A stretch of DNA of 64,000 nucleotides, from positions 1-64,000 of the IMG/VR virus record IMGVR_UViG_3300036790_000231. One strand, written 5' to 3'. Shown piece by piece: positions 1 through 7,876 of the stretch. Position numbers and translations under genes: made by a program. The DNA is from a virus. Each line of letters starts with the position of its first letter. The first letter of the stretch is position 1. The notes under the pieces were generated by a model. The model worked only from the letters and a program-made list of their open reading frames with translations. It did not search any database and was not told the origin of the DNA.

Positions 1-16
1 GACCTCGTCACATACG

Positions 17-760
17 TCACAAACTATTGGAGGCGGTAGGTTCTGGAAGTGCGCAAACCGAAGACGACGGGATCAGCCGGTATCGGCATCTGCATCCTGG
101 TGGGGGATAGCCTAAATTCTTGCTTCGCGGTCGATTTGTTCGTTGGCCATTCGACGCGCACGCTTCTCGCGTTCCTCCTCTTGTACTCCGTAGAGCCTCA
201 ACGGACAACAACCGGGGGAATGGAGTAGCTTCCCTATCTGGGATTCTGGGAAGGCCGAGACATTCCTTTGTGAGTCCCAGCGTCCACCTATGAAAAAACG
301 ACGGCCCGGTAAACTCTATGGAGTTTCTCGCGAAGCTTGCGCAATCATCGAGCAAACGCAGCCGTATAACGGAGGGCTCTGTGAGAGTCTTACTGTGCTT
401 GACGCCCTCTGGAATATCGACAAGCACAGATTTCTCATGCCAACTTTTATATCCGTTGTGGAACCTGACCTTATCGGACCTCTCTTCCATGCCAATGAAG
501 ACGCCGAGATCGTCGGTAAGGCTCAGTACGTCGAGGTGGGCTGGCAGAAAGACGGCGCAGAATTGATGTTCATTCCTCTCACCGTAACGGGACCGAACCC
601 CAAGGTGGACATGGACGGCGATCTCGCCATCGACATATCGTTTGGCGAGGGAGGGACCGTAGAGAGCGCGCTGAAGACGGCGATCTTCTTCATCCTCGTA
701 GACGTGCTTGCGCCGATCGAAGCTTTGTTCGCATCCTAAGAAACGCAACATTTGTGACAA
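17..760 (-). CDS. antisense ORF, possibly expressed (hypothetical)
   Basis: 247-codon open frame; AAGGAGGT (777-770, minus) upstream of TTG 760. May be only a shadow of the + strand gene. Confidence 0.2.
   Translation of the reverse strand: MSQMLRFLGCEQSFDRRKHVYEDEEDRRLQRALYGPSLAKRYVDGEIAVHVHLGVRSRYGERNEHQFCAVFLPAHLDVLSLTDDLGVFIGMEERSDKVRFHNGYKSWHEKSVLVDIPEGVKHSKTLTEPSVIRLRLLDDCASFARNSIEFTGPSFFHRWTLGLTKECLGLPRIPDREATPFPRLLSVEALRSTRGGTREACASNGQRTNRPRSKNLGYPPPGCRCRYRLIPSSSVCALPEPTASNSL
194..739 (+). pseudogene. 5'-truncated hypothetical protein (FPI...QPY...WNIDKHR motif family, possibly HEPN-like)
   Basis: The frame of ORF 290..739 stays open upstream (SLNGQQPGEWSSFPIW...) to an in-frame TAG at 191-193 and has no start/RBS there; GC-richer than the phage block. 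Confidence 0.45.
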
Positions 761-952
761 TTGCTACTTACCTCCTTCGATGGGACAAGTGTGACCAGAT
801 TGCCCAATACCCCAGGCAACTATGTACGCAAAGCACGTAGAGAGATTTCCCTTCTCGCTGCTAGCGTAGGGTGGCTTTCTTCTCGGAAGCTGGTACGCCC
901 AGCCCCTCCAGGCGGATTTTGCGGTCTGTCCTGGAGGGGCCTAAGCGTCATC

Positions 953-1019
953 GGGGCCAGCAGGTCGCCAGTGGGACCCTTAAAACTTCCCCAGATGGGT
1001 TCGATTCCCATTGGCTCCA
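953..1019 (+). ncRNA. atypical tRNA-like element with Ala identity (degenerate tRNA, tmRNA-TLD-like RNA or att remnant)
   Basis: Acceptor GGGGCCA(953-959)/TGGCTCC(1012-1018) with G3.U70 and discriminator A; T arm ATGGG-TTCGATT-CCCAT (995-1011); D and anticodon arms cannot both form canonically. Confidence 0.55.
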
Positions 1020-1237
1020 ATTCGCGCTTCTGAGCTACTTTGTAGCACAAGTGCCATTAGATTTCTGTCTGAATCTGATGATCTTGTGATTCTTGTTGCA
1101 AGCTCAAGCCGCTTCGCGACTTTCGACGCTGTTGTTATGCTTTGCACGCTGATCGATTTGATGTCCTGATAGGCAATTGGAGAGGGGTCACCGATTGCAG
1201 GCCGCTGCCCCTCCACCACCTGGATATCCGAGTAAGC

Positions 1238-1266
1238 GCGCCCCGGCTTGCCGGGGTGTTTGGTTT
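1238..1266 (+). terminator. probable intrinsic terminator
   Basis: GCGCCCCGGC-TT-GCCGGGGTGT hairpin followed by a T-rich tract; G.U pairs favour the + strand. Confidence 0.5.
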
Positions 1267-1352
1267 AACGTACGCTTGTTCGCTATTGCGTTTCGTTGTT
1301 AGTTTCGCTGGTGTCTCCTAGTAGTAGTAGTAGAAGAACCATATCAGATCAC

Positions 1353-1685
1353 CTAAAATTTGTCAAGGTACTGCTTTATTTCTTTATGATATTTTTCATG
1401 GGCTCGTTGAATATGACCCTTTTCAACTTTGCTGCCTTCAAGCAAAGGATGATGACGATGACAAACTGTATATGGAGTTCCTTCTACTTGGTGCTTTCCT
1501 AAGCGCCAACAACGAGGTTCATGACAATTTTTAGTTCGATAGAACACTGTAATTGCTCCTAATATCGCTGTATCCCCTCCTATAGACGAGAAAACCGCAT
1601 ACCCTTGCGAGGACTCCGGCCACCACATATCCTGAATTACTCGAAATGGATAAGGCCAAAGCGCCAAAAGGAAGTGGTAGCTCAT
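1353..1685 (-). CDS. membrane protein with Cys/His cluster (hypothetical)
   Basis: Hydrophobic N-half, then CHEPRC...H...CHRHH; ATGA coupling to the upstream ORF. Confidence 0.7.
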   Translation of the reverse strand: MSYHFLLALWPYPFRVIQDMWWPESSQGYAVFSSIGGDTAILGAITVFYRTKNCHEPRCWRLGKHQVEGTPYTVCHRHHPLLEGSKVEKGHIQRAHEKYHKEIKQYLDKF

Positions 1686-1873
1686 AAATCACCCCCTTTA
1701 TTTTCTAACTGTTCATCATGTTTATCATGTCTTTCTAATAACTCTTCATGGCGCTGCTTTGCTGGCCTTATTATTTTTACATGAGCAGCCGCAAATCCAA
1801 TCATGAAAAATATTAATCCCTCCAATAATTCGCGAGGAGATTCAGTAATATTAGTAATAATTGATCCAATCAT
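1682..1873 (-). CDS. small single-TM membrane protein
   Basis: 63 aa, hydrophobic segment LLEGLIFFMIGFAAA; coupled start/stop. Confidence 0.6.
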   Translation of the reverse strand: MIGSIITNITESPRELLEGLIFFMIGFAAAHVKIIRPAKQRHEELLERHDKHDEQLENKGGDL

Positions 1874-2031
1874 TTTAGAGCTGGATCAATAAATGGAATA
1901 TATCTCTTAATTATTCCTTCTGCTACCATTCTATCATATGAAGGAGAAGGTGCAAATCCTTCGTGAGGGCAATAAGTTAGATGATCGAAATCATCATAAA
2001 TCTTTTTACATTTATCACATCTAGTAATCAT
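1870..2031 (-). CDS. small Cys-containing hypothetical protein (below ORF-track cutoff)
   Basis: MITRCDKCKKIYDDFDHLTYCPH...PALK*; GAGGT RBS; ATGA overlap with the next gene. Confidence 0.55.
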   Translation of the reverse strand: MITRCDKCKKIYDDFDHLTYCPHEGFAPSPSYDRMVAEGIIKRYIPFIDPALK

Positions 2032-2110
2032 TCTACCTCACCTATATATAGAACGTAATATCAAAAGAAGAACTATAAAACCAGCTATAAATATTATAAT
2101 AGGTAATATT

Positions 2111-2503
2111 TTATTCTCTCAATAGAACTGGAATTTTAGCTTGTTCTCTGCGCATTTCACTTTTAGAAGGTTCTCTAATAATTGGAGCAACATCTCCCGC
2201 CAATGCTCTAGCAAAATCTGAAAGCCTCATTACTATTAGTTGCTCTCCATCAACATCTTCTAAGGATAAAACTGGGATTTCTCCAGTTCCCTGAGTATAG
2301 TCAATCGCCTCTGAAAGTTGTTCGCGAGTTTGTGACCAATTTCTCTTTGCTGCCGCCTTGCAGCTAATCCTAAGACCGTTGGCTGTAACATCTGATTTGG
2401 AGTGCCATTGGTTGCCGCTTCCAGGAACTAATTTCCCTCCCAAAATATTAGCTATATATTTCTCAAAATCTAATCCATTCTGAATTCTTTGTCGATCAGG
2501 CAT
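2111..2503 (-). CDS. PD-(D/E)xK nuclease, Holliday-junction-resolvase-like
   Basis: G..FE..IA..LGG..VPGSG....KSDV...ISCK pattern. Confidence 0.65.
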   Translation of the reverse strand: MPDRQRIQNGLDFEKYIANILGGKLVPGSGNQWHSKSDVTANGLRISCKAAAKRNWSQTREQLSEAIDYTQGTGEIPVLSLEDVDGEQLIVMRLSDFARALAGDVAPIIREPSKSEMRREQAKIPVLLRE

Positions 2504-2747
2504 CTTCTATATCTTCATTAAAAGGAATTCCAGGAAGAGAAAACCAATCCTCAGCAAGCATATCAGTTTGGCTCGCTAACCAAGGAACTAAATCGCCTTG
2601 AACAGTTTTCATATAAATATAAGGTAATGTCATCTTTGAATTTTCATCAGGTATTTTTAAACTTAAATACATATTCTTTCCATTCCATCCATGACGTGTT
2701 ACATTTTTTCCATGTTTTAGTGATTTTATAGCATCTCCAAAATCCAT
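2496..2747 (-). CDS. tad2: Tad2/DUF2829-family anti-defence sponge protein
   Basis: MDFGDAI..LK.G..V.R.GWNGKNMYL ... VPWLASQTDMLAEDW matches the family signature. Confidence 0.85.
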   Translation of the reverse strand: MDFGDAIKSLKHGKNVTRHGWNGKNMYLSLKIPDENSKMTLPYIYMKTVQGDLVPWLASQTDMLAEDWFSLPGIPFNEDIEDA

Positions 2748-2760
2748 TTAAACTCCTTTT

Positions 2761-2813
2761 CAAAATAGCTGGCAGTACAAGTCCTTCCCCGTACGCCTCA
2801 TACTGCCAGCTAT
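2761..2813 (-). terminator. intrinsic terminator
   Basis: Perfect 13-bp stem ATAGCTGGCAGTA (2765-2777)/TACTGCCAGCTAT (2801-2813) just after ORF 2818..3546; short T tail on minus. Confidence 0.7.
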
Positions 2814-2817
2814 CTAA

Positions 2818-3546
2818 TTATGCAGCCTGCTGACCTGATTCGGGAGAAGAATCCTCTACCGGCGCAGTCTCAGTCGTTTCAGCAGTTTCAACAACCGTAG
2901 GAACCACTGCGGGAGTTTCAACTACAGTATCTTCAACCGGCGACGTTTCTGCTGGAGCAGGAGTTTGTGCTACATTTTCTCCAGCTACCTCAGTGGGGGA
3001 ATTTTCACTTCCAGAAGGGACCGTAGTAGTAACTTCCGGTCCATCGTTTGGGACATCCTCAGTAGGAACACTTTCGGTATTCTCTGTTGAATCTTGCGTC
3101 GGAGTTCCTCCACCAGGAGGGGTTGTAGGATTTTCAACAGGAGCACTTGTAATACCAGGAGTACCATTCTCTGTTTCTGTACCAGCGGGCGGAGCAACAG
3201 AACCTTCTGGCGCGCGTTGCGCAGTAGTAGCACCAAGAGCTTCCTCGCTTGTAAGTACAGGAGTTGATTCAGGTGCTATCGGCGCGACTTCTGCTGGAGT
3301 AGGACTTTCAGGAGCAGAAAGAGAAACAATGCGAATTGCAATTGTATCTCCCGGCTCACCTTGAGCTGCATTGATATGCCCACTTGCATCTACTGATAGA
3401 TATCCACCAAGAGAATTAACAATGTTATCAATTGCTTGAGTTACAACGGGAAGTACTTCATCTTCACGAGTATGCTGAGACTCACTTTGAAGCTCCGCAG
3501 CAATTTCGCTAGCGTTACCCTTGACGGGCTTAAATGTAAAAGACAT
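2818..3546 (-). CDS. hypothetical protein, small N-domain plus acidic Pro/Thr/Glu-rich tail
   Basis: 242-aa ORF, purine-rich RBS, low-complexity C-terminal two thirds. Confidence 0.75.
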   Translation of the reverse strand: MSFTFKPVKGNASEIAAELQSESQHTREDEVLPVVTQAIDNIVNSLGGYLSVDASGHINAAQGEPGDTIAIRIVSLSAPESPTPAEVAPIAPESTPVLTSEEALGATTAQRAPEGSVAPPAGTETENGTPGITSAPVENPTTPPGGGTPTQDSTENTESVPTEDVPNDGPEVTTTVPSGSENSPTEVAGENVAQTPAPAETSPVEDTVVETPAVVPTVVETAETTETAPVEDSSPESGQQAA

Positions 3547-3600
3547 TTACTTTCTTTCTTTTTGTTATTGATTACTAAGCTCTAGCCCAAGGGCTTTACT

Positions 3601-4110
3601 TTACGCCTCTACAATATACCTTTTGTATCTAATAATTGGCATAACTCCATAAAGATTCAAAGGATATACCTGTGGATCTCCAGACAGTCCTCCGTGAGAA
3701 ATAACTTTATCAGGACCGATATAAACTGCAACATGGGCAGGAATATCTCTAGTCCCGCCATAAAATACTAAATCAGCAGGCTTCAATTCATTAGCATTTA
3801 TATCCTTACCATGTGCTACCTGAGTACCTGTATAACCAGATGTCCAATCCTCTCCATTTATAAAATCATTTAAATCTTCCCAATGCCTAGTAGTGGTCCA
3901 ATAATACCAAGTAGTAATTGCTGAACAATCGGCATGCAAAGGATACTTGCCATGCTGATAACGACACTTATGAGATATCCCATACCATCTTTGATATCCC
4001 TCAGTATATTCAATATGAGATCTATTCTCTACACATAAACGAGCAGCCTTAACTATATTGCCTCTAACTTTTATAGCCTCATGCTTTGGTAGTGCTAATA
4101 CCGAAGACAT
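3601..4110 (-). CDS. NlpC/P60 peptidoglycan peptidase (probable endolysin)
   Basis: Y.EG..R, DCS, YTGT, PADLVFYG, HVAVYIG, SHG: the Cys-His-His layout. Confidence 0.85.
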   Translation of the reverse strand: MSSVLALPKHEAIKVRGNIVKAARLCVENRSHIEYTEGYQRWYGISHKCRYQHGKYPLHADCSAITTWYYWTTTRHWEDLNDFINGEDWTSGYTGTQVAHGKDINANELKPADLVFYGGTRDIPAHVAVYIGPDKVISHGGLSGDPQVYPLNLYGVMPIIRYKRYIVEA

Positions 4111-4113
4111 TTT

Positions 4114-4728
4114 CTACGCTCCAGTCGTAGATACTGGAGTAGGGTTTGCAGGAGCTAAAGTTGAATTATCAGCAGGTACAACTCCCGGCGCAGGCTGCGG
4201 CGCAACAGGAAGATCATCAACATTAGGATAATTCTCAACTGCATTCTCAACATCAGAAATAATCGCAGAAGGATCGGAAACAACTTTCTCTACATCTGAA
4301 GTAACCTCAGAAGTAATTCCCTTTGCATCTTTAATTGCTCTATCGACAATATTCTTGATATCATCCTTTATATCATTTATTCCAGTAATAGTAGCATACT
4401 CTGATGCAACTGTAACCGCACTAGAAGCCTCGATTTGCCCATGAGCCTGAAGATACCTACCAACCTGTGTAATACCTCCAGAAATAAGTCCTAATCCAGC
4501 CAACTCAATAGCCGTGCCAGAACCACCACTCGTAAAATGATCAACTATAGCGCCCGCAAAAGCTACTAAAGCAGTTCCAAATCCAGCCTTAGTAGAAAGA
4601 CCTACAGACACATTACTTGAATTGTTTGTACTCATTTTTCTCTTTTCTGATTCATAACTTTTTACTAATTCTTCTGCTTTTCTAAGTTCTGATAAACTGC
4701 TAATAGGATATTTTTTATCCGCATCCAC
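4114..4728 (-). CDS. holin-like membrane protein (start may be 4635)
   Basis: Two hydrophobic segments; directly upstream of the endolysin. Confidence 0.55.
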   Translation of the reverse strand: MDADKKYPISSLSELRKAEELVKSYESEKRKMSTNNSSNVSVGLSTKAGFGTALVAFAGAIVDHFTSGGSGTAIELAGLGLISGGITQVGRYLQAHGQIEASSAVTVASEYATITGINDIKDDIKNIVDRAIKDAKGITSEVTSDVEKVVSDPSAIISDVENAVENYPNVDDLPVAPQPAPGVVPADNSTLAPANPTPVSTTGA

Positions 4729-7525
4729 TTGACGCTCCGCAATTAGGGCAACTGAAACAAGTCCCCGTTCTTACGAGAATACTACCACATGAGCATATCT
4801 TGCCGAGGTAATTATCTCGTGACTTCAGAGGTTCATCGACGTAGACCGTCTGAGGATTCTTTAAATCCCCCTCTGGCTCGGTAGAAGCAATGACCATTAC
4901 GCCAAGATCCTTTTTCATTTCCTCATCGCCAAATTTCGAGACAAGCCATCTCATAATGTAGTCTACCAAAGACTTAGCAATTCTTATTTCTGAATTGTCT
5001 GTTATCCCTTCCGGCTCAAAGCGCATATGAGAAAACTTATTAGCAAAAGATTCAAGAGGAACTCCATATTGTAATCCAAGAGAAATAGCTATAGCCCAAG
5101 CATCCATCATTCCGCGAAGAGTAGAACCCTCCTTACCAATCCCATTCAAAAAGATCTCGCCTAAAGTTCCATCCTCATGTAGACCAGCAGTTATATATCC
5201 CTCATGCCCAGCTAAAGAAAACTTATGAGTCAAAGAAGATCTCTCAGTTGGCATCTTTTTCCGATAAGGTTTAAGAGTTTCCACAGTATTCTCCTCTAAG
5301 TTAATCATAAGAGAAGGCTTATCTAAATCATTCATATCAGGTTGATTTTCTTTAGGATCAAATAACTTAGTTGAATTTGTCTCCTCTTTCTTCGTACTGA
5401 GAACTTGAGTAGACTTTGATCCGTCTCGATATACGGATACGCACTTGATGCCTAGTTTCCATGCTTTCATATAAATATCTTCAATTTCCTCAACTTTTGT
5501 ACTTTCTGGCACATTAAGGGTCTTACTAGCCGCGCCAGATATATGAGGCTGAATAGCAGCAACCATATTTAAATGCCCCTCGGGAGAAATAGAATCTTCT
5601 CCGGACGCTGTCTGGAAAATCTTCAAATGTTCTGGATCAATTCCTCTAATATTTCCACTATGTTTAACTGATTCCATAGCAATCTTGATAGTAGCTTTAT
5701 CGTACCCAAGATTCTCAAGTGATCTTTCAACCGAATGATTCACAAGAGTCATATGCCCACCGCCAGCCAAGCTCTTATAAGTAACCAAAGAATATGCAGG
5801 CTCGCAACCAGTAGTATCACAATCCATGAGAAAGGAGATCGTCCCCGTGGGAGCTAATACAGAGATTTGAGAGTTTCTATATCCCGAATCATGAAAAGCA
5901 CTTACATGATCCCATTGTTCTCTAACTCCATCTCCAATAGCTGGTGGTAAATCCCAAGCAGCATTCATATGTTTCTGAATAACTTCTCCCATAACATTTT
6001 CATTATCCCAATAATACGCAAACGCGCCCAAAGAATCAGCTATTTCTGCCGATCTTCTATATGCTCTAGCAGTCATCAAAGAAGTAACAGAAGCAGCCCA
6101 ATCTCGGCCCTCATCTGAGTCATAAGGCATTCCTTGAATCATCAATGCAGCACCTAGATTAGAATAACCTAGTCCGAGCTGCCTAAGATTTCTAGTATTT
6201 TCCTCAAGTTTCTCGGTCGACAACTCAGAAAAGCAGCAAGTAATATCCATTGCTGTAATCATTGTATCTACTACCTGATAAAAATCATCAAAGTAGAATT
6301 CATTAGTATTTTTATCTAGGAATTTTACTAAATTCATCGAAGCCAAATTGCAGGAACTATTTGAATTTATATGTACCTCACAACAAGGATTCGTAGTTTC
6401 AATTTGTCCGAGAGAAGGAGTTGTATGCCACTTATTTACAGTATCATGAAATATAATTCCTGGATCGGCGCATTTCCAAGTAGCTTCTGAAATTTTACTA
6501 AATAAATGTTTTGCTCCTATTGTATTTGTATCTCCTCCTTTAATTCTCGGAGGCATTTGCCAAAACTCACCATTCTCGGCAGCATTCATAAATTTATCAG
6601 ATACTCTCACAGAAATATTAGCATTTTGAAAAGAGGTAGACTCAGCAATATTTCTCTCGCCTTCTGGAGTCGAAGGGTCCATATTGATTCCGGCTTCAGC
6701 CAAAACACGCATTCTTTCATCCTCACGCACCTTTGAATCAATAAAATCAAGAATATCAGGATGATCTACATCAAGCTGTATGAGCTTCGCAGCTCGACGC
6801 GTGCCGCCACTCTTAATACTACCTGAATTGGCATCAGCCGATCGGATAAAAGGAATGGGGCCAGAAGAGAAACCGCCAGTGCTCAATCCCTCCCTAGAAC
6901 CACGCAATTTACTTAAATTAACTCCGCTCCCCGCGCCCATCTTGAAAATCGCAGACTCATTTAGCTGCCACTCTGAAATAGATTCTGGTCCTAAAAGCTT
7001 ATCCTCTACATTCAAAAGGAAACAAGCACTAGCACATTGTTTTCTACCAGGCACGCCAAAGTTAAACCATACAGGAGAATTAAAAGATGCATACTGATGA
7101 AGAAGTATATAAGTCAGCTCATCAAGAAAATTTTTCTCATTCAATAAAGTTTGTCCACTATCATCTCCATTATAATTTCCAAAATATTCAAATTTCATAC
7201 CTTCTTGGATAATCTTATTTACTACACGTTTAATTAAAGTTTTAATTGATGATTCTCGTACACCATCAATAGTAGCAAAATACAGTTTAGCAACAATACC
7301 TACAGCTTGGTCAGACCATATAACAGGAGCTTCAACTTCTTTCTGAGAAAAAGTTCCTGCTGTTACATCCCTCTTATTCCATTCAACCGTATCAAAAGGA
7401 TCTTTCTCCTCAACTGTAAAATGTCTTTTGAACTTTAACTTACTTACAGTTGCAATACTTTGATCCGATTCTTGAGTCGTTGTTGATTGCGCAGCAGCTT
7501 TTGTGACCGAGCTTGCTGGAGTCAT
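4715..7525 (-). CDS. nrdJ: class II (B12-dependent) ribonucleotide reductase
   Basis: SFNSPVWFN, SACF, TRRAA, TNPCCE, CNLASMN, APTGTIS, YRDGSK, C-terminal TSCPD-type domain and CPNCG..GCG. Confidence 0.95.
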   Translation of the reverse strand: MTPASSVTKAAAQSTTTQESDQSIATVSKLKFKRHFTVEEKDPFDTVEWNKRDVTAGTFSQKEVEAPVIWSDQAVGIVAKLYFATIDGVRESSIKTLIKRVVNKIIQEGMKFEYFGNYNGDDSGQTLLNEKNFLDELTYILLHQYASFNSPVWFNFGVPGRKQCASACFLLNVEDKLLGPESISEWQLNESAIFKMGAGSGVNLSKLRGSREGLSTGGFSSGPIPFIRSADANSGSIKSGGTRRAAKLIQLDVDHPDILDFIDSKVREDERMRVLAEAGINMDPSTPEGERNIAESTSFQNANISVRVSDKFMNAAENGEFWQMPPRIKGGDTNTIGAKHLFSKISEATWKCADPGIIFHDTVNKWHTTPSLGQIETTNPCCEVHINSNSSCNLASMNLVKFLDKNTNEFYFDDFYQVVDTMITAMDITCCFSELSTEKLEENTRNLRQLGLGYSNLGAALMIQGMPYDSDEGRDWAASVTSLMTARAYRRSAEIADSLGAFAYYWDNENVMGEVIQKHMNAAWDLPPAIGDGVREQWDHVSAFHDSGYRNSQISVLAPTGTISFLMDCDTTGCEPAYSLVTYKSLAGGGHMTLVNHSVERSLENLGYDKATIKIAMESVKHSGNIRGIDPEHLKIFQTASGEDSISPEGHLNMVAAIQPHISGAASKTLNVPESTKVEEIEDIYMKAWKLGIKCVSVYRDGSKSTQVLSTKKEETNSTKLFDPKENQPDMNDLDKPSLMINLEENTVETLKPYRKKMPTERSSLTHKFSLAGHEGYITAGLHEDGTLGEIFLNGIGKEGSTLRGMMDAWAIAISLGLQYGVPLESFANKFSHMRFEPEGITDNSEIRIAKSLVDYIMRWLVSKFGDEEMKKDLGVMVIASTEPEGDLKNPQTVYVDEPLKSRDNYLGKICSCGSILVRTGTCFSCPNCGASSGCG

Positions 7526-7603
7526 TGTCTCTCTCTGTCTTTGTTTTCTCCTCTAAGAAAAGTCTCTTAGAAGCAGAAAAGTTGTCAGTGTCTCTCGCTA
7601 GTC

Positions 7604-7876
7604 TCATTTGAAAGATAGATCCCATCTTTTATCTTCTGGACATTGAAGCCACATATATTCCTCATATTCATTTGATTCTTGTTTGCTATCAAACAATCTT
7701 TCTGTCTGTAAAGCAAGAAATTCTCTCCAAGGAAAATTATTAAACTTATTTTCAACTATTTTAACTGCTTCTGACGGTAAATTTCCTTTGACTATTACTT
7801 CAGGAAATATAATACTAAATTCATCATATTGATATTCTAATTTAAATTTAGTTGGCCCTTGAAATCTTTTGTCCAT
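7604..7876 (-). CDS. hypothetical protein
   Basis: 90-aa ORF abutting the portal stop; GAGGT RBS. Confidence 0.6.
   Translation of the reverse strand: MDKRFQGPTKFKLEYQYDEFSIIFPEVIVKGNLPSEAVKIVENKFNNFPWREFLALQTERLFDSKQESNEYEEYMWLQCPEDKRWDLSFK

Noticed and set aside
977-986. Ochre suppressor (TTA anticodon) or tRNA-Pyl/Sec
   Set aside because: The TTA register lacks U33 and a stem; no CTA or TCA anticodon; no pyl or sel genes.
761-1219. ORFs 761..1033, 820..1050, 871..1089 and 980..1219
   Set aside because: Mutually overlapping frames across a structured GC-rich RNA-like region, with no protein motifs.
1-1300. Definite prophage boundary (att site)
   Set aside because: A GC shift is visible, but there is no integrase, partner repeat or host housekeeping gene in the window.
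1319-1333. (TAG)5 microsatellite, with a similar run at ~54278-54290
   Set aside because: Short intergenic simple repeats in opposite orientations with no supportable function.
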